64,000 nt of DNA from Takakia lepidozioides (lineage: Eukaryota; Plantae; Bryophyta): assembly GCA_030704615.1 (NCBI GenBank), contig CM060731.1, positions 71,796,001 to 71,860,000 of the forward strand, written 5' to 3'. A model generated the notes under the pieces. It saw only the letters and a program-made list of their open reading frames with translations, searched no databases and was not told the origin of the DNA. Below, in pieces: positions 10,216 to 23,100 of this stretch (position 1 is its first letter; each line of letters opens with the position of its first letter). A program made the position numbers and the translations under genes.

Positions 10216-13200
10216 CTATCCAATGCAATGTGGACATAACCAATCCCCATCTGGAACCATCTCAAGAGGTGGAGTCAAGCATCCCATATGCCAACCTCTA
10301 GAGCATCGATCACACACCAGCATGGTGGCTGCCCCTTTAGCAGACCCACACAACATGCACCTCAAACCTGCAGATACCACTCCCAGGTTTGGGTCAATCC
10401 TGCCATCGACATTCGGAAGGTGACATGGCGCACAATTACGCACATGGTCCTTCCAAGTTATGCCATCCCGACCCTCCAAGACCAAGACGCCTGAGGGCAA
10501 GACCTCTCGAACCCTCAAAATAACACGTCCTGCAGTCATATCCAGGGTCGTAGGAGCAGTCTGCTGCAGATAGACATAGTCACCAGGGTTGAATCTCCGA
10601 ACCCCAGGACGATAGCCCCACCACGTATGGTAGCATACCTCAACGTATCATGGTGTTGTGCAATGGCAAGGTTCTCGAAAGCCATGGGCATGTCTCTCTT
10701 GAACAACTCTGCACGCTGCTCACATGCACGTGCCCACACGTCCGGATCGTCAAGGTTAAGAACTGTAGCAGCTTCTCTGCAAATGGATGTAGGCAAATCC
10801 GGCTCTCGGCCAAAGAGAAGAAAGTATGGTGAGAAGGAGGCAAGTGATGCTTGCTTGCTGAACCTGTAGCCCATGGCTAACCAGGGTAACTGAAGGTCCC
10901 AATCTCCTAGGTGTCCCTTCTGCAAGCCATACTTGCGCAAACCACTCTTTACTGTCTGAACAACTCTCTCTGCCAAGCCATCGGCCTCAGGATGATCCCG
11001 AGAAGTGGTGCGGTGGTCTATCAAGGCCTTGTCACACAAAGCCTGAAACTCCCCCAAGAATTCTCTCCCTTGGTCCGTGAGTACCTCAGCTGGAGCACCG
11101 AATCGGCTAAGCACACAATCCAAGAATGCATACGCAGCTCCCTCACTAGCCTTATCAGGCAATGGAACCAATTCAATCCACTTGGAGAAGTGCTCCACCA
11201 TCACCAACACGTACTTGTTGTGGCGCATGGTCAGTGGCAACGGCCCTGCGAAGTCAAGACTCCACCTATAGCCCAATCCCATGATCGAAAGGGGGTGCAA
11301 TTGTGGAGTAGGGGCGTTGAATGAAGCACGCACCCTGTCACACACCATGCACCTAGCCACAAATTGTTGCACCTCTGTGTGCATACCACGCCACCAATAC
11401 TGCCCCTGCAGTAGACTATGAGTGCGTCGCACCCCAAAATGGCCCAACTCCTCATGGGCATGGCGCACTAACCGTGCCCGCTGTGTTGGGTGAGGCACAA
11501 TCCTCACTTGACCATCCTCCCACACTCGGAGCAGGTGTGTCCCCTCCCACTTGAACCTCTTGGCTCGTTGTAGGATCCAATTCCTCTCCTTGGCAGTCAC
11601 AGTGGCTGCCGTGTCTCCAGTGCGGAGGTAGTCCAACACAACTGAATCCTCATGTATATCTTTGGCGCCACCTTGCTCATTGCTGGCCTCAGGGTCCTCA
11701 GACACTTGATCTACAGTCATCCCTGTTGCAGGTCCAACCTGGCCTTCCGCTGCCAAGATACACAGAAATGCAGATGCATGCCATCCGGGCACCATCTCCT
11801 CGTCCGTCTCACCATGCCACCGAGCTCCAGTGTCATCTTGTTGGCTCGTGCATGGATTGCGACTCAACCCATCTGCATTGCGATTGACCAAACCCGGTCG
11901 ATGCACCACCTGAAAGTCATACTCTTGAAGGATGAGTGCCCACCGTGCAAGCTTCCCCGTAAGCTTGTCTGACTCCATCAACCATTTGAGTGGTTGGTGA
12001 TCTGTGACAAGGGTGAAGAGATTGCCGTATAGATAGCACCTGAAGTGTGCCACGGCCCACACTGCAGCTAAGCATTCTCCCTCATATGAGCTATACTTAG
12101 ACTCTGCAGCGTTGTTCGAGCGGCTAGCATAAGCCACTACGAACTCTCTTCCCTCATCATCCACCTGTGTGAGCACCGCTCCAAGCCCCAGCATGCTCCA
12201 ATCTATATGCAGCTGAAAAGAACACCCCCTGATAGGTCGTCTCAAGATGGGCGCCGAGGTCAACCTCGCCTTGAGCTCTTGAAAAGCTTGTTCTTGCTCA
12301 TCTTCCCACTGCCACTCCTGGTCCACCTTGGTCAGCTTGGTTAGAGCCTTTGCAATGGCACTAAATCCTTTAACAAACCGTCTGTAATAGTTTGCTTACC
12401 CCATGAAAGCTCGAACTCGGCTCACATCCGTGGGGCGTGGAACCTGTGCAATGGACTCTACCTTAGTCTGTTGTACCCCCAATCCTCCAGGATATATCAT
12501 GTGACCCAGATACTCAATCTGGTTGTGGAAAAACTTGCACTTGCCCGGATGTAACTTCAATCCGTGCGTCCTCAAGCGCTCAAATACCCCCTGAAGGTGT
12601 CTCTCATGCTCCTCCACCGTAGCACTAAAGATGATGATGTCATCTATGTAGCACCGAGCAAACTCCACCCCTGCTAGAATCCTGTCCATGACTCTTTGAA
12701 ACTCAGTGGGAGCGTTTTTAAGCCCAAATGGTAAGAACCGCCACTGGTATAGGCAATCCTTCCCGTGCTCATTGATCCCCCAGAATGCCGTCTTTTGCTT
12801 ATCCGCCTCCTTGATCGGCAACTGGTGATATCCGGATCGTAAATCCAACGTGCTAAAGACCTTGGAATGCCCAATGGCATCAAAGATCTCCTCTGGTGTG
12901 GGCATGGCATACCTATCGGACTTGGTCTGACGATTTACAGGCCGGTAATCACCGCACATACGTCTCTCCGTCCAATTGCCATAGACATCCTTCTCAGCTG
13001 GCATCACTGTGGCTGAAGCATACTCTCCACCAGAGAGCTCCACCAAACCTGCCTCCCAGAGATCTTGAGTCCTCATCTGAATCAAAGACCTCTCCATGTC
13101 ACTGTATCTATAGGGTCTCCGAAAGATTGGCGTGTCAGTGGCCAACTCAATACGGATCTCTTGACCCTTCAGTGCTCCCAAGTCCTTCAAACTGATGGCA

Positions 13201-13349
13201 AAGCAATTCCTGTAAGCCCTCAGGAACCGCCGTATACGTTGTCTCTCTCCTCCAGTGACAATGGGTCCAATGTCAGGCTCCCAATTGTCCTCCGTAACTG
13301 CAACCTTAAGTCCAGCAGACTTAGAGGTAGGAGACGCGTCCCGTGGTTG
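10216..13349 (-). pseudogene. pol: RT - RNase H - DDE integrase - PHD finger portion of pol (copy 1; one premature stop, one frameshift)
   Basis: LDLRSGYHQ, PFGLKNAP, YIDD (RT); DWS..YEGECLA..TDH..NADGLSR (RH); HEELGH..CMVC, SLDFAG, LTDQG, DGLAE (INT); CMLC..CDRC..H..C..WLCPHC (PHD). Confidence 0.92.
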
Positions 13350-16300
13350 CTATGCTGCAACCTCTTGAGCAGTACTCCCTTCCTGCTCAGTCAATGACAA
13401 GGCCTCATCCTGCCTCATCATCTCATCAATGAGAACCTCCTCAACCCGAGAAAAATCCCCAACCTCATCCATCGCAGCTGCCTTGGCTGCCAACTCCCTT
13501 TGGACCTCGAGCACCTCCCACGTGTGCCATGGATGTCTACACCCCGTGGTCCTCACCGGCTCGCCCCCACTCGCTGCCTGTACCGTCTCGGTAGGCAGAG
13601 AGACCATGAAGGGGAGTGCACTCCGCACTCTACATTGCTCAGCCATAGCCAAGCTGATAATCCAGGTCAAGCAATTGAGATCCATTGCTTGCCCCAACAC
13701 CTGACGCCGTGATGCCTCAGAAAGAGAAGGCACCGCCGTGGTCCCAGTGGAAAACCCCATAGCCCACTCTCGCTCGTCGGCATTAGGCTCCACTAACTGC
13801 TGCAACTGAGCATCCCACAAGAGGCCAGGTCCACCATCCCAAAAAACATGGGATCCTGGGAAGCTGAGCAGTGTAGGTAATGCTGCTCGTGGTTGACCCA
13901 CCCTGTTGACCACTGCCAAAGGCGAATGGTCATCGTGTTTCACACGTTGAGACTGCCTCCCTGTGTCCAAAATGCCATCCACGGTGAGGTGTGCTGGCCG
14001 CTGCACCCCATCAAATGCACACTTGAGTAGTGCGGGTGACATCAAGTTAGTCCACCAAAGCCGTGGACAATGAGCCCGTGACCCCACTGCAGCTGCATCC
14101 AGCAACACTGCTGACCCAAGCCACGACCGGACTTGATGCACACTGGCCATCACCCTGGCCCGAGAATCACCCATCAGTGGTACATTCTCCAAGATGTATG
14201 CTGGAGATACAGCTTGATGAAGCTGCAAGTAGCGCAAAATCCGCACCATCTCCCAAAACAGACCCGTCCTTGAGTCTCGCAATCCATTGCCATGCCCGGC
14301 TGATGAATGCCCTTGGCAGGGCCAACCTGCCACTACCAGATCAATGGAGCCAACCTGCTCCAAATCCTGCGCCCCCAGCAAAGAAATGTCTGCTGGCAAG
14401 GCTTGTTGGTATCCACGAACTGCAGACACTGGCAACAAGTCAGGGTATTGCTGTACCAACTGAGCAACATGGCGCAGTGAGACACGTCGTGCAGTCTCAT
14501 CCCTCTCCACATACAGGTAACATGGAACTCGTACACCTGCCTGTAGCACAGCAGCCAATCCGATGCTGATCCCGCCAAACAAGTCCAGAAGGCAAATGCC
14601 TTCATCCGGATACTGCCACACAATAGGTGTGGTATCCAATGGTGACAACTGAGGTGGTCCTGGTGCAATACCCGCACTCTCCTCCTCTCCTGACGGAACA
14701 AAAGCCTCTACCCAGGCTTGTTGCACCCGTCGATCAGCAACCTGCTGCAAATCCTTGCTCGTACCCCACAATGGAGTGTGAGCAACCATGGCAGGAAACT
14801 CCGCCATACCATGCATGTCATCCTGCTCTGCTAGAGGTGGCACATCCTCTGCATGGGCATTGCCTTCCAGCAACTCTCCAGGCCAACTAACTGCAGCTGT
14901 AAAGGCGGCTAGTGTTGGCATCTTGCCCCGCTGGGCAGCCGCTATACCCCCAATGAATGTCACAAGGAGCTGTGCACGGCGACCATCGCCTGACTGCCAT
15001 CCAGGCCTATAGGATGCTGACTCCTCCCAAAAGTCCAGGGTGAAGCCCATGGGGTATAACACTGCCCCACCAACGAGGACATCGTAAGAGACTGCGTCTG
15101 TCACAATGGCCTTGGCTCGCATTACTGAGCCATTGATAGGATGATCCGGCTGCAGTCTAATGGACAACTGATGCCGTGTCATGCCCCGAGCCTGCTCTGA
15201 TCCTCCCAGAGATGTCTATATCTGGAAAGGACAAGGCTCCATATCCGTCTCCATGAGGCCCAAACCTGCAATAGCAGCTCTGCCCAACATCAGTGGCTGA
15301 GCTCCCGAGTCCAACAAGACCCGCAGTGGCCGGTACTTCTTGTCTGCCGGTCCACTGAAAGTGAAAATGCCTCCCTGGTTGTCTAACAAGACAACTCCAG
15401 GTGTCACCATGGCGCACTCAAAGGCTGGCCTAGCTGGCAGCTTCGTCAACCTGACAGCTGCAGCTTGCCAGGGCGCAGCCGTGGCAGTCTTGACCCTCAA
15501 ATCCGAGGATCCCTCTGCCACTACACCTTCCACTAACTCCGCAGAAGATGAAGTGACCTCCCCACTCTCACAGAGTGTTGCTGCTAGTCGAACACTGCAG
15601 CTGGTCTCACCCCCGGCGTCGCAATCATTGTTGCCGAGAACAGTGGGGCCTGACACACAAAGGTGGCTGCCCCCAATAACACACCGGCCGCACTAGCCTT
15701 GGCAGCAGGTGTCAGTGCTGCACGTGTAGCTCTCCCAAAAACCTCCGCCTCGGTAACAGTCGGGCGAGAACTAGGTGCCATGGATGGCGTTGACACTGTC
15801 TCCGCCAAGGTGAACGACTGAGGAGCCTTGCCTGACGGCTTGCCTCCCCACGTTGTGGATCCAACTCCACCTCTGCACCTCGTGGCTCAGGAACTCGTGC
15901 TGCTCCTCGAGTCACGGCTGCAGCAGACTCCACCTGCCTCTAGTGGTAGTGCTGCTCCACACATGAAATCCCATGCCTCCCATATCTCCTCCCTCAGGAG
16001 CAGGAGGTGGACCATCCCGCCTGGGAGCCGGTACCGCCTGAGCTATAGCCATTGGCAGCGAGCCTCTGCTCTAGCTGCTGAAGCCGATTGGCCATGCCTT
16101 GGTCAACACCCTGACCTCCGCGTCCTTGGCATGTGGGATTGCCCTTGGCCTGCACCTCGTGCCCGACCACCTCGTCCTCTTTGGGCTGGTCCACCTCGCC
16201 CCCGGCCACCATTGTTCCCTTGGAACTGGCCTGGGCGACTCAGGATGCAAGTCATAACACTGGGCATCTCCATGCCCATACTTGCCACAATGCCCACACT

Positions 16301-17546
16301 GCAACTGTGCAGGCTGTGCTTGTATGCCGACCTTTTGCCACTCTCTAGGCAATCTCTTCTTGACATGGGTCCTCCACAAGTCCAACATATCACCCCTGGT
16401 TGCTGTTGGTCTGCAAAAGATGCCACGGGCCTCTGCACTTGAGGTCCCCTGTAAGCTCCATGGAACTTGGGCTGGGCAACCTTGCCCCCCTGACCACGCT
16501 GTTGGGCAGTCCCTTGTGCCTGTGGGCTGACAGCTGTGCCCGTGCAGCTTGTCCTTGCCAAATCCAATTGTAACAACTCGCTCCTCCACCATGTGAGCTC
16601 AATCCGCTCAGCCAGCAGAAACACATCTGCTAATGTGGGTTGGGCTGCTTGTAACAGGGTTGCATCTCGCACCCTTCTTTGAGCTCCTTGTCCAGAATTC
16701 CATACCAAAACTGGATTGCCTGAGCTTCAGTAACCCCTTGGGTCACAACTTATCAAGCGCCTCATACGAGTGTACGCCTCTCGCAGGCTCTCACTGGGTT
16801 TGCGCTGGAAGTCTTGCAACTTCGCAGCTTCTCTGTCTGTACACCTTGTAGTTCCTCCGCAACTCCTGGAAGAACTCCACCACCGGGTTGAATCTAGGCA
16901 CATGTGTTGTAGTAGTGGCACGAGGAGTAGTAGCACCTTTTGAACTGGGTACCACATCAGAAGTACCAGCACTACTGCTCCACTACTAGTGCTGGCAGTG
17001 GGAGCTGGGAGAGCTATTGGTACTGATTGCCGCAACTGGTCGCGTCGTGCCTCGAGTAATGGAGACGTAGTCAGATGACCAATACATCCTCCACTCCTCA
17101 ATCTCTGATTCATGTCCTCGCCTGAACTCGTGTTAATCGTCCATAGGCGGGCCTTCCAAATGTTGGAACAATCCCTTCCACGCCATGAATGGGAGGTGAA
17201 TAGCTGTGGATTGCGCATCTGCTGCAAATCACACCAGCTGTCAAACTCCTGGATAAAGTCATCCAACTCGATTGTGCCCAACAGTCCAGAGTACCTACGA
17301 GGCCCCTTGGTAGCTCCATACATCTTCTCCATGTCGTCCCACAACAATGGCGAATGAAAGTGCACACCTGTTGATGAAGCCTCCGAGTCTGTGTCTGACT
17401 CTACAGTAATTGAGGGTGGCGGTTGAAGGTGGTCTGAAACCGAAACCTCGTCTGTGACCCACTCTCACTGTTACACCTGTAGCCGTATTCCCCTCAAAAC
17501 CCTTGGGTAACTCCGTAATGACACTCACAATGTGCACCTCCTCCAC
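13350..17546 (-). pseudogene. gag: Gag - aspartic protease - cytosine methyltransferase polyprotein (copy 1; indels and stops in the gag/PR part)
   Basis: Gag core (LDDFIQEFDSWC), zinc knuckles CWTC and CGHCGKYGHGDAQC, protease VLLDSGA. The disruptions I compared differ between the two copies, so the consensus is probably one frame ending at TAG 13350-13352. Confidence 0.8.
13650..14603 (-). CDS. DNMT3-like C5 DNA methyltransferase catalytic domain (uninterrupted in copy 1)
   Basis: Motif I LDLFGGI, II YVERD, IV DLVVAGWPCQ, VI ILENV, VIII DAAAVGSRAH(C/R)PRLWWTNL, IX ERE(W/R)AMGF, X RRQVLGQAM, all in canonical order. Confidence 0.92.
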
Positions 17547-20119
17547 GTGACACTTATAAGGCTCTAGTACTAATCTAATAGGGACAAGGTGGGCAAGTTG
17601 CAGTTTAAGGGTCTATCCCAATGGATCAAGGCACATGCACCTGCATCCCACCGCAAGAACTCCTATGGTTGGCTGGTCATCAACCCAGCCTCACCATAGA
17701 AGAAACACTGGTGGTCTTGCTAGTCATCACTCCAGCCTCACCACCGACAGCATACTCTAGGATTGCCGGGGTGATTCAAATCCGGCCTAATCCCTATGAA
17801 AGCAAGCGCCCACACAAAACCAAACATGGCGCACAGTCAAGCATGCAGGTTGGGGGGGATCCAAACACAAGAAATCAAAACATCAACACCCCCACACCAA
17901 ATCCAGCTGCAATGCTGATCCGGAGGGAATAGCCCAGCTCCAAAACCCCGGATGACTGGCCCCCACCAAGAGGGCTTTGGCAAGTACAAGTACAAGGTAA
18001 TGAAAATAGTACAGAGATGGAGGGGAAGAATAAGAAGCCGACCAAGCAAGATCTAATCCTGATCTATGCTATCAACTGCCAGACTTTGTTTTTATTTTCA
18101 TAAATTTGTACTTCTGCTCATGAAAACCGATTGTCTTACTACTCCGCTCATGCCGCCTCATGCTCATGAATAGCAAAACCATCATTGTAGACATAGGCTG
18201 TATCAAGCAATCAATCGAATTGCCCATGAGACAGGAAACACAGACCTGAACAGCAAGGTGACCAGTTATAATGTGAAGCCAGAAGGGCGAGAAAACAGTC
18301 ATGGACTTTGATGATTCTATGCCAGTATCCAATGAGAATTGAAAGCACAGAACTAACTGATGTACTGATAGATGGAGGCTCTGGAGTAAATATCATGACA
18401 GACCAATAAGAAAGAAGCTGGTCTAAGAAGTAACATGAAACCAGCCCCATTTACAGTAACAATGGCAGATCAAAGGAGTGTACAGCCATTGGGATTAATA
18501 AGAGGAGTTAAGATACAGATACAGAAGATGATCTTTATTGATCACAGTAACTGTGTTGAAGATGGATGAAGTCATGGAGGTTACTCCTTATTATTGGGAG
18601 TCCATGGCTGAAACAGGCCAGGGTATTCCATGACTGGAATTTCAGTTTGTACTAACCGTGCATAATGGGTAGCCGACGAGATTACAAATTACCACAAAGA
18701 AATCTAGTAGATTACCTGCTACGAGAAGACTTCGAGGGGTCAGAGAGTATGATTGGAGAGGAGGACTGGATGAGGAGCAGGAAGCTACCCTGTTTGCGGC
18801 ACACCCAGAGTGGGAAGGGGAGCAGGTTGCAGAGATGCGGCTGGAAGGCCTAAGTTGTTTAAGAAGTATGTGTTGTGGTGTAGTGTCAGCAACACCAATT
18901 TGAAGAGGAAGAGAAGGAGAAATGGGAATCCTAGAGGAACCAGCCATTGTGAGTTTACAGGATGAAGTGGGACTGGTTGGAACAATCACAGCTGATGAGC
19001 AGGTGAGGGAAGTGAAGTGGGAACCGAAGGAGGAACCGAGGATGGGGAAGGTAGTAGAGCTGAATTGGAGCCAGAATTCTTGAAGAAGCTAAGAGTTTGT
19101 TCATCAAATACAGAGATGTATTTGCTGGAGCTATGAGGATCTAAAAGGGATACCACCTGAAATCTGTCAGCATAAGATTGAACTGGACCAGGATCAGTAC
19201 CAATCAAGCAGGCAAGGTACAGAATGAAATCCCAACTATGCACAGAAGGTTGGAGAAGAGATCAAGAAGTTGGCTGAGGCTTAAGTTTATATACCCAATA
19301 GAGTATACAACTTGGTTGGTCACCCATGGTGATTAGTTCCCAAGAAGAATGGTAAACTAAGAGTTTGTGTGAACTACAAGAAGATGAATGCTTGTAAGAA
19401 GAAAGAAGAAGAAAGATCATTTCCCTTTGCCATTCACAGAAGCAGTATTGGACATTGTGGCAGGCCATGAGATGTACTCATTCATGGATGACTTCAGTTG
19501 TTATAATCAAAGTGCAAGAGGCAGAAGAAGAAGAGACAAGAAAAGACAGCTTTCATCACAGACTGGGTGCTTATGCATAAAAAGTCATGCCCTTTGGACT
19601 TTGTAATGCACCAGCAACCTTTCATAGAGTGATAAGTGAATCTTTTCATGAGTATCTGGATGATTTCATGCAGGTGTTCTTGGATGATTTCAGTGTGGAC
19701 AGCTCTAAGAAGGCGGCACTTGCATAAATTGGAGTTATGTCTGGCCAGATGCAGGATGAGAAGGTCGGCCTTGAATCCAAGAAGAGGAAGCTGTACTTCT
19801 GTGTGAACTCAGGGGTTGCTTCTGGGACACATTGTGTGTAAGAGGGGACTTCTTGTGGATCCAAGGAAAACAGAGGCCATTTAAAGCCTCTCCACCACCA
19901 GTGAATGTTAAGAGTCTAAAGGAGATTCCTTGGACAAACCAAAAGATTTGTCAGACGGTATGCAAAGATAGCAGCACCATTGAGCAAACGTCTTAAGAAA
20001 GATGCAGTGTTTGCATGGACACCTGAATGTCAACAGGAAATTGGAGGGATTTTAAGCGCAAGAGTCGGCGTCGTTCCAAGTAACGGGCGTGTTCTGAGGG
20101 ACAAACCATCAATGCTATA

Positions 20120-23100
20120 GCTTTGAAGCTAGGGAGAACTAACAGATTATACGCTCGCAATATTACTTACGCAGTGGCATAGGGACGGAAGAGACACAGA
20201 GCGGATCTTTTCTCTTAATCGATTGCTTGCAAGCCCCGCGGCTTACAAGAAATGACCCAATTAGCATTTTGTGGCAACCATACGTTTATGTTTTGTGCCC
20301 TGCAGGCCATTTCTTCAATTGTTACATCCAAAACCTTTCGTGGGTCAGCTAGAATGAGAGAATGGAAGAAATCAGGGTGAAGAGCACCACAATCCTGCAG
20401 AAACAAACGATTGCTACTTCACAGGCGGTACAGTTACTGAAGGAGCTGCGATTAGAAGGATTGCAAAGCAAAGATTGGACATTGCACCATAGGCAGTACA
20501 TGTTACAATTCTTGCAGAACTTTGAGCCGAGGACAGAGCAACAACGGTGAAGGGAGTTGAATTAGAAATTACTCCCCCTATACCTACAGCAATTGTTTGA
20601 ATTGCCATCAGGTCAGGTGCATGTGGAGGAGCACAGGCAAGACTGCAAATAGGGGACTTTATTCCAAGAAGGGAGTTTCTTTAAAACTCAGGGTTATGCT
20701 TGTACCAAGGCCGTCTACCCAGGGCTAAGGGAGGTAGGCCAAGTATTGAACATTCTGTTTGCCATGAAACAAAACCAACAGTATTTGAGCAAATCCTTCA
20801 CAGAGGAAATACTCAAAGCCCTGAGAGGAGAAGAGGTAGCATGGGCGGACATAATGTACAACGCATTGTAGAGGAGATGAAAAGATTACAGGGCACTGCT
20901 GCAAAGTCTCCTATCATAGTGTCTGGCCCAATCATTGCTCAAATAATTCTTGATTCTTGCATACTTGATGCTCGGGAAAGAAAGGAGATGGGAGTGTTTG
21001 AGACCGAAACCACTGGCAATGGAAGAGCAAGGCTCTTCACACAGTGAGGGTGGACTGGCAGGGCAACCCCAGTCTAAGAGACAGAGGCGGGGAAAGACTG
21101 TAGTGGCGGATCCATTGGCTTCACGAAAACCGCATGATAATGTTTCTCAAGCTCTTGTGCAGGAAGGGGCACAGCAGCACAGAGAGCTGCTATTATTGGA
21201 AGCAGGACCTTCAGAGAGGGAAGAGGAAGTTACTTACTTCAGTATCACAACAGCCATCACAGCCAGATGATCGGCTTGTCACAGAGTTACCACAAGTTGT
21301 CCATGCAGTTCCACCAGAAATAATTGATTTGGAGAAAGAAGGGTTAGATATCCCCACTACAGAACAGGTGGTGGCAGAAATTGAGAAGGGGGAACCTTCT
21401 CTATGAAAATTCTGGTCTGGTCAGGGAAACAGTGATTCCGGAGGTGCAGCGGTTGTCGAGGGGAAACCCTGCGGTGCATATAATACACGCACCTGTAACG
21501 GAAGTACCACAGGTAGAATGTCAAGACACTGCAGCACCTGTGACGGATGAAATGGTTTAGGAAGAAAATCTGGTGGGGCAATGGCCTGAATGGTTCGTGA
21601 GGCATCACACTGTTGAGGATCAGGGAGAACAATAGCAAGCTCACCATGATGACTCTCAACAGGCCATGCTTATGAGTTCCATAAGCAGGACACCTAATTT
21701 GTTTGGCACTTATGTCAAATCCCATGTTCCAACTACCCAATTGGCAGCTTTGAGGGAGGAACTCAGGAAGGATTATGAGGCTTGACTTGCCACTGAGTGT
21801 GCAAACAAGGTCGATGAGGAGGTCACTCTCAAGATACAGCAAGACTTAGAGAGTACAAAAGCGGCTTTGCAATTGGCCAAGGAACAATTGATTGAGGCAG
21901 GCCTCGCGCAAGACCAGTTGCACGAAGCACATAAGCAACAGCTATACCAAATGCAGGTGAAGCATGAAAGCAAGTTGTAAGAAGTGAATGCACTACATAC
22001 GGAGTTGCAGACAGTGCATGACAGGATGGCCATACAATGTGCTACACTCACAACTACGGTTGACCAAGCTACAATAGAAATAAACAGTCAAGCGGAAAGA
22101 TGTACGAAGGCAGAGGCAGAGAATGTGGAGCAAGCGAAACTCATTGTCGATATGAAGAATACAATCTGTCGCAATGAGAATACTTTCAAACAATACAGGC
22201 AGGTTGAAGCTGACCAAGAGAGGTACATCCTGGAGTTGCAACAAACGCTCATGGTAAATAGAAATGAACTCTCTGTGGCTAACAAGGCTTGGAAGGAAGC
22301 CAATAATCTGGCTGCTGCCTATGCGAGTTTGGTTGAACCTCATGCGAAGCGCATGGAGGCTTTACAGCAGCAGATAGATGTGTACAGGCTCACAGAGAAA
22401 CACTCTCAGGGGTGCCACAAGCAACTTGGTGGATAACCACCTTATGCAGGTCTGGTTAGCACAAGGGCCGGTGGAGGGCAAAGCACCACGAAAGCTTACC
22501 CAAAGCGAGATGAATGAGCTCAAACTGCAAGTGCAGAACTCATTGCCAAAAGACAATATATACATGTCTATAGTAGGATAGCGGAGTTACAGGAGGATGT
22601 AGACGGCCTGCAGACTCAGGTGGAGGACCTCACTTCAAATATCGACAAGAGAGTCTTTGTACCTGAGGAACAGCTGATGGCTTCTTATTTACAAGCCAGA
22701 ACTTTGGCTTTTCAGTCTTCTTCGCATGGGGTGCAGAGATGCCAATGGTACAAGAGCCAGTGCCGCCAACACCACAACAAGTCACTGTGCCAGTAGCTGA
22801 CCCTGTTGTTACTACAGCCACACACCACAGCCACCACAGCCTGAGGTATGGGGGAATGCTGCTTTTAACCCACCTAAAACTCCAACTGCAACGGGAGTAC
22901 AGTCGGGCTATGATTATGCCCTTCAACCAATTCCCATTGTGTTGGATTTGGCTTGGAAGGAATTTAGTCCTCCGTAGTCGTTGGCACATTACTATCAAAT
23001 CATGCGCATTTGGCTGCCAGTGGCAACTAGGACTAAAGTTCTTCCGAACAATCGACAATTGAGGATCATCACTTTGCGCAGTACTGGCATGAGGCAAGTA

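Larger units (their letters stand above)
9425..18050 (-). mobile_element. Ty3/Gypsy retrotransposon carrying a DNA methyltransferase and PHD finger, copy 1 (5' end lost; upper boundary approximate)
   Basis: Domain order gag-PR-MTase-RT-RH-INT-PHD, followed by PPT and terminal repeats. Closely similar to 54586-62970. Confidence 0.9.

Noticed and set aside
13650-14603. Bacterial restriction-modification contamination or a host DNMT gene
   Set aside because: The domain is intronless and fused between PR and RT in two separate element copies.
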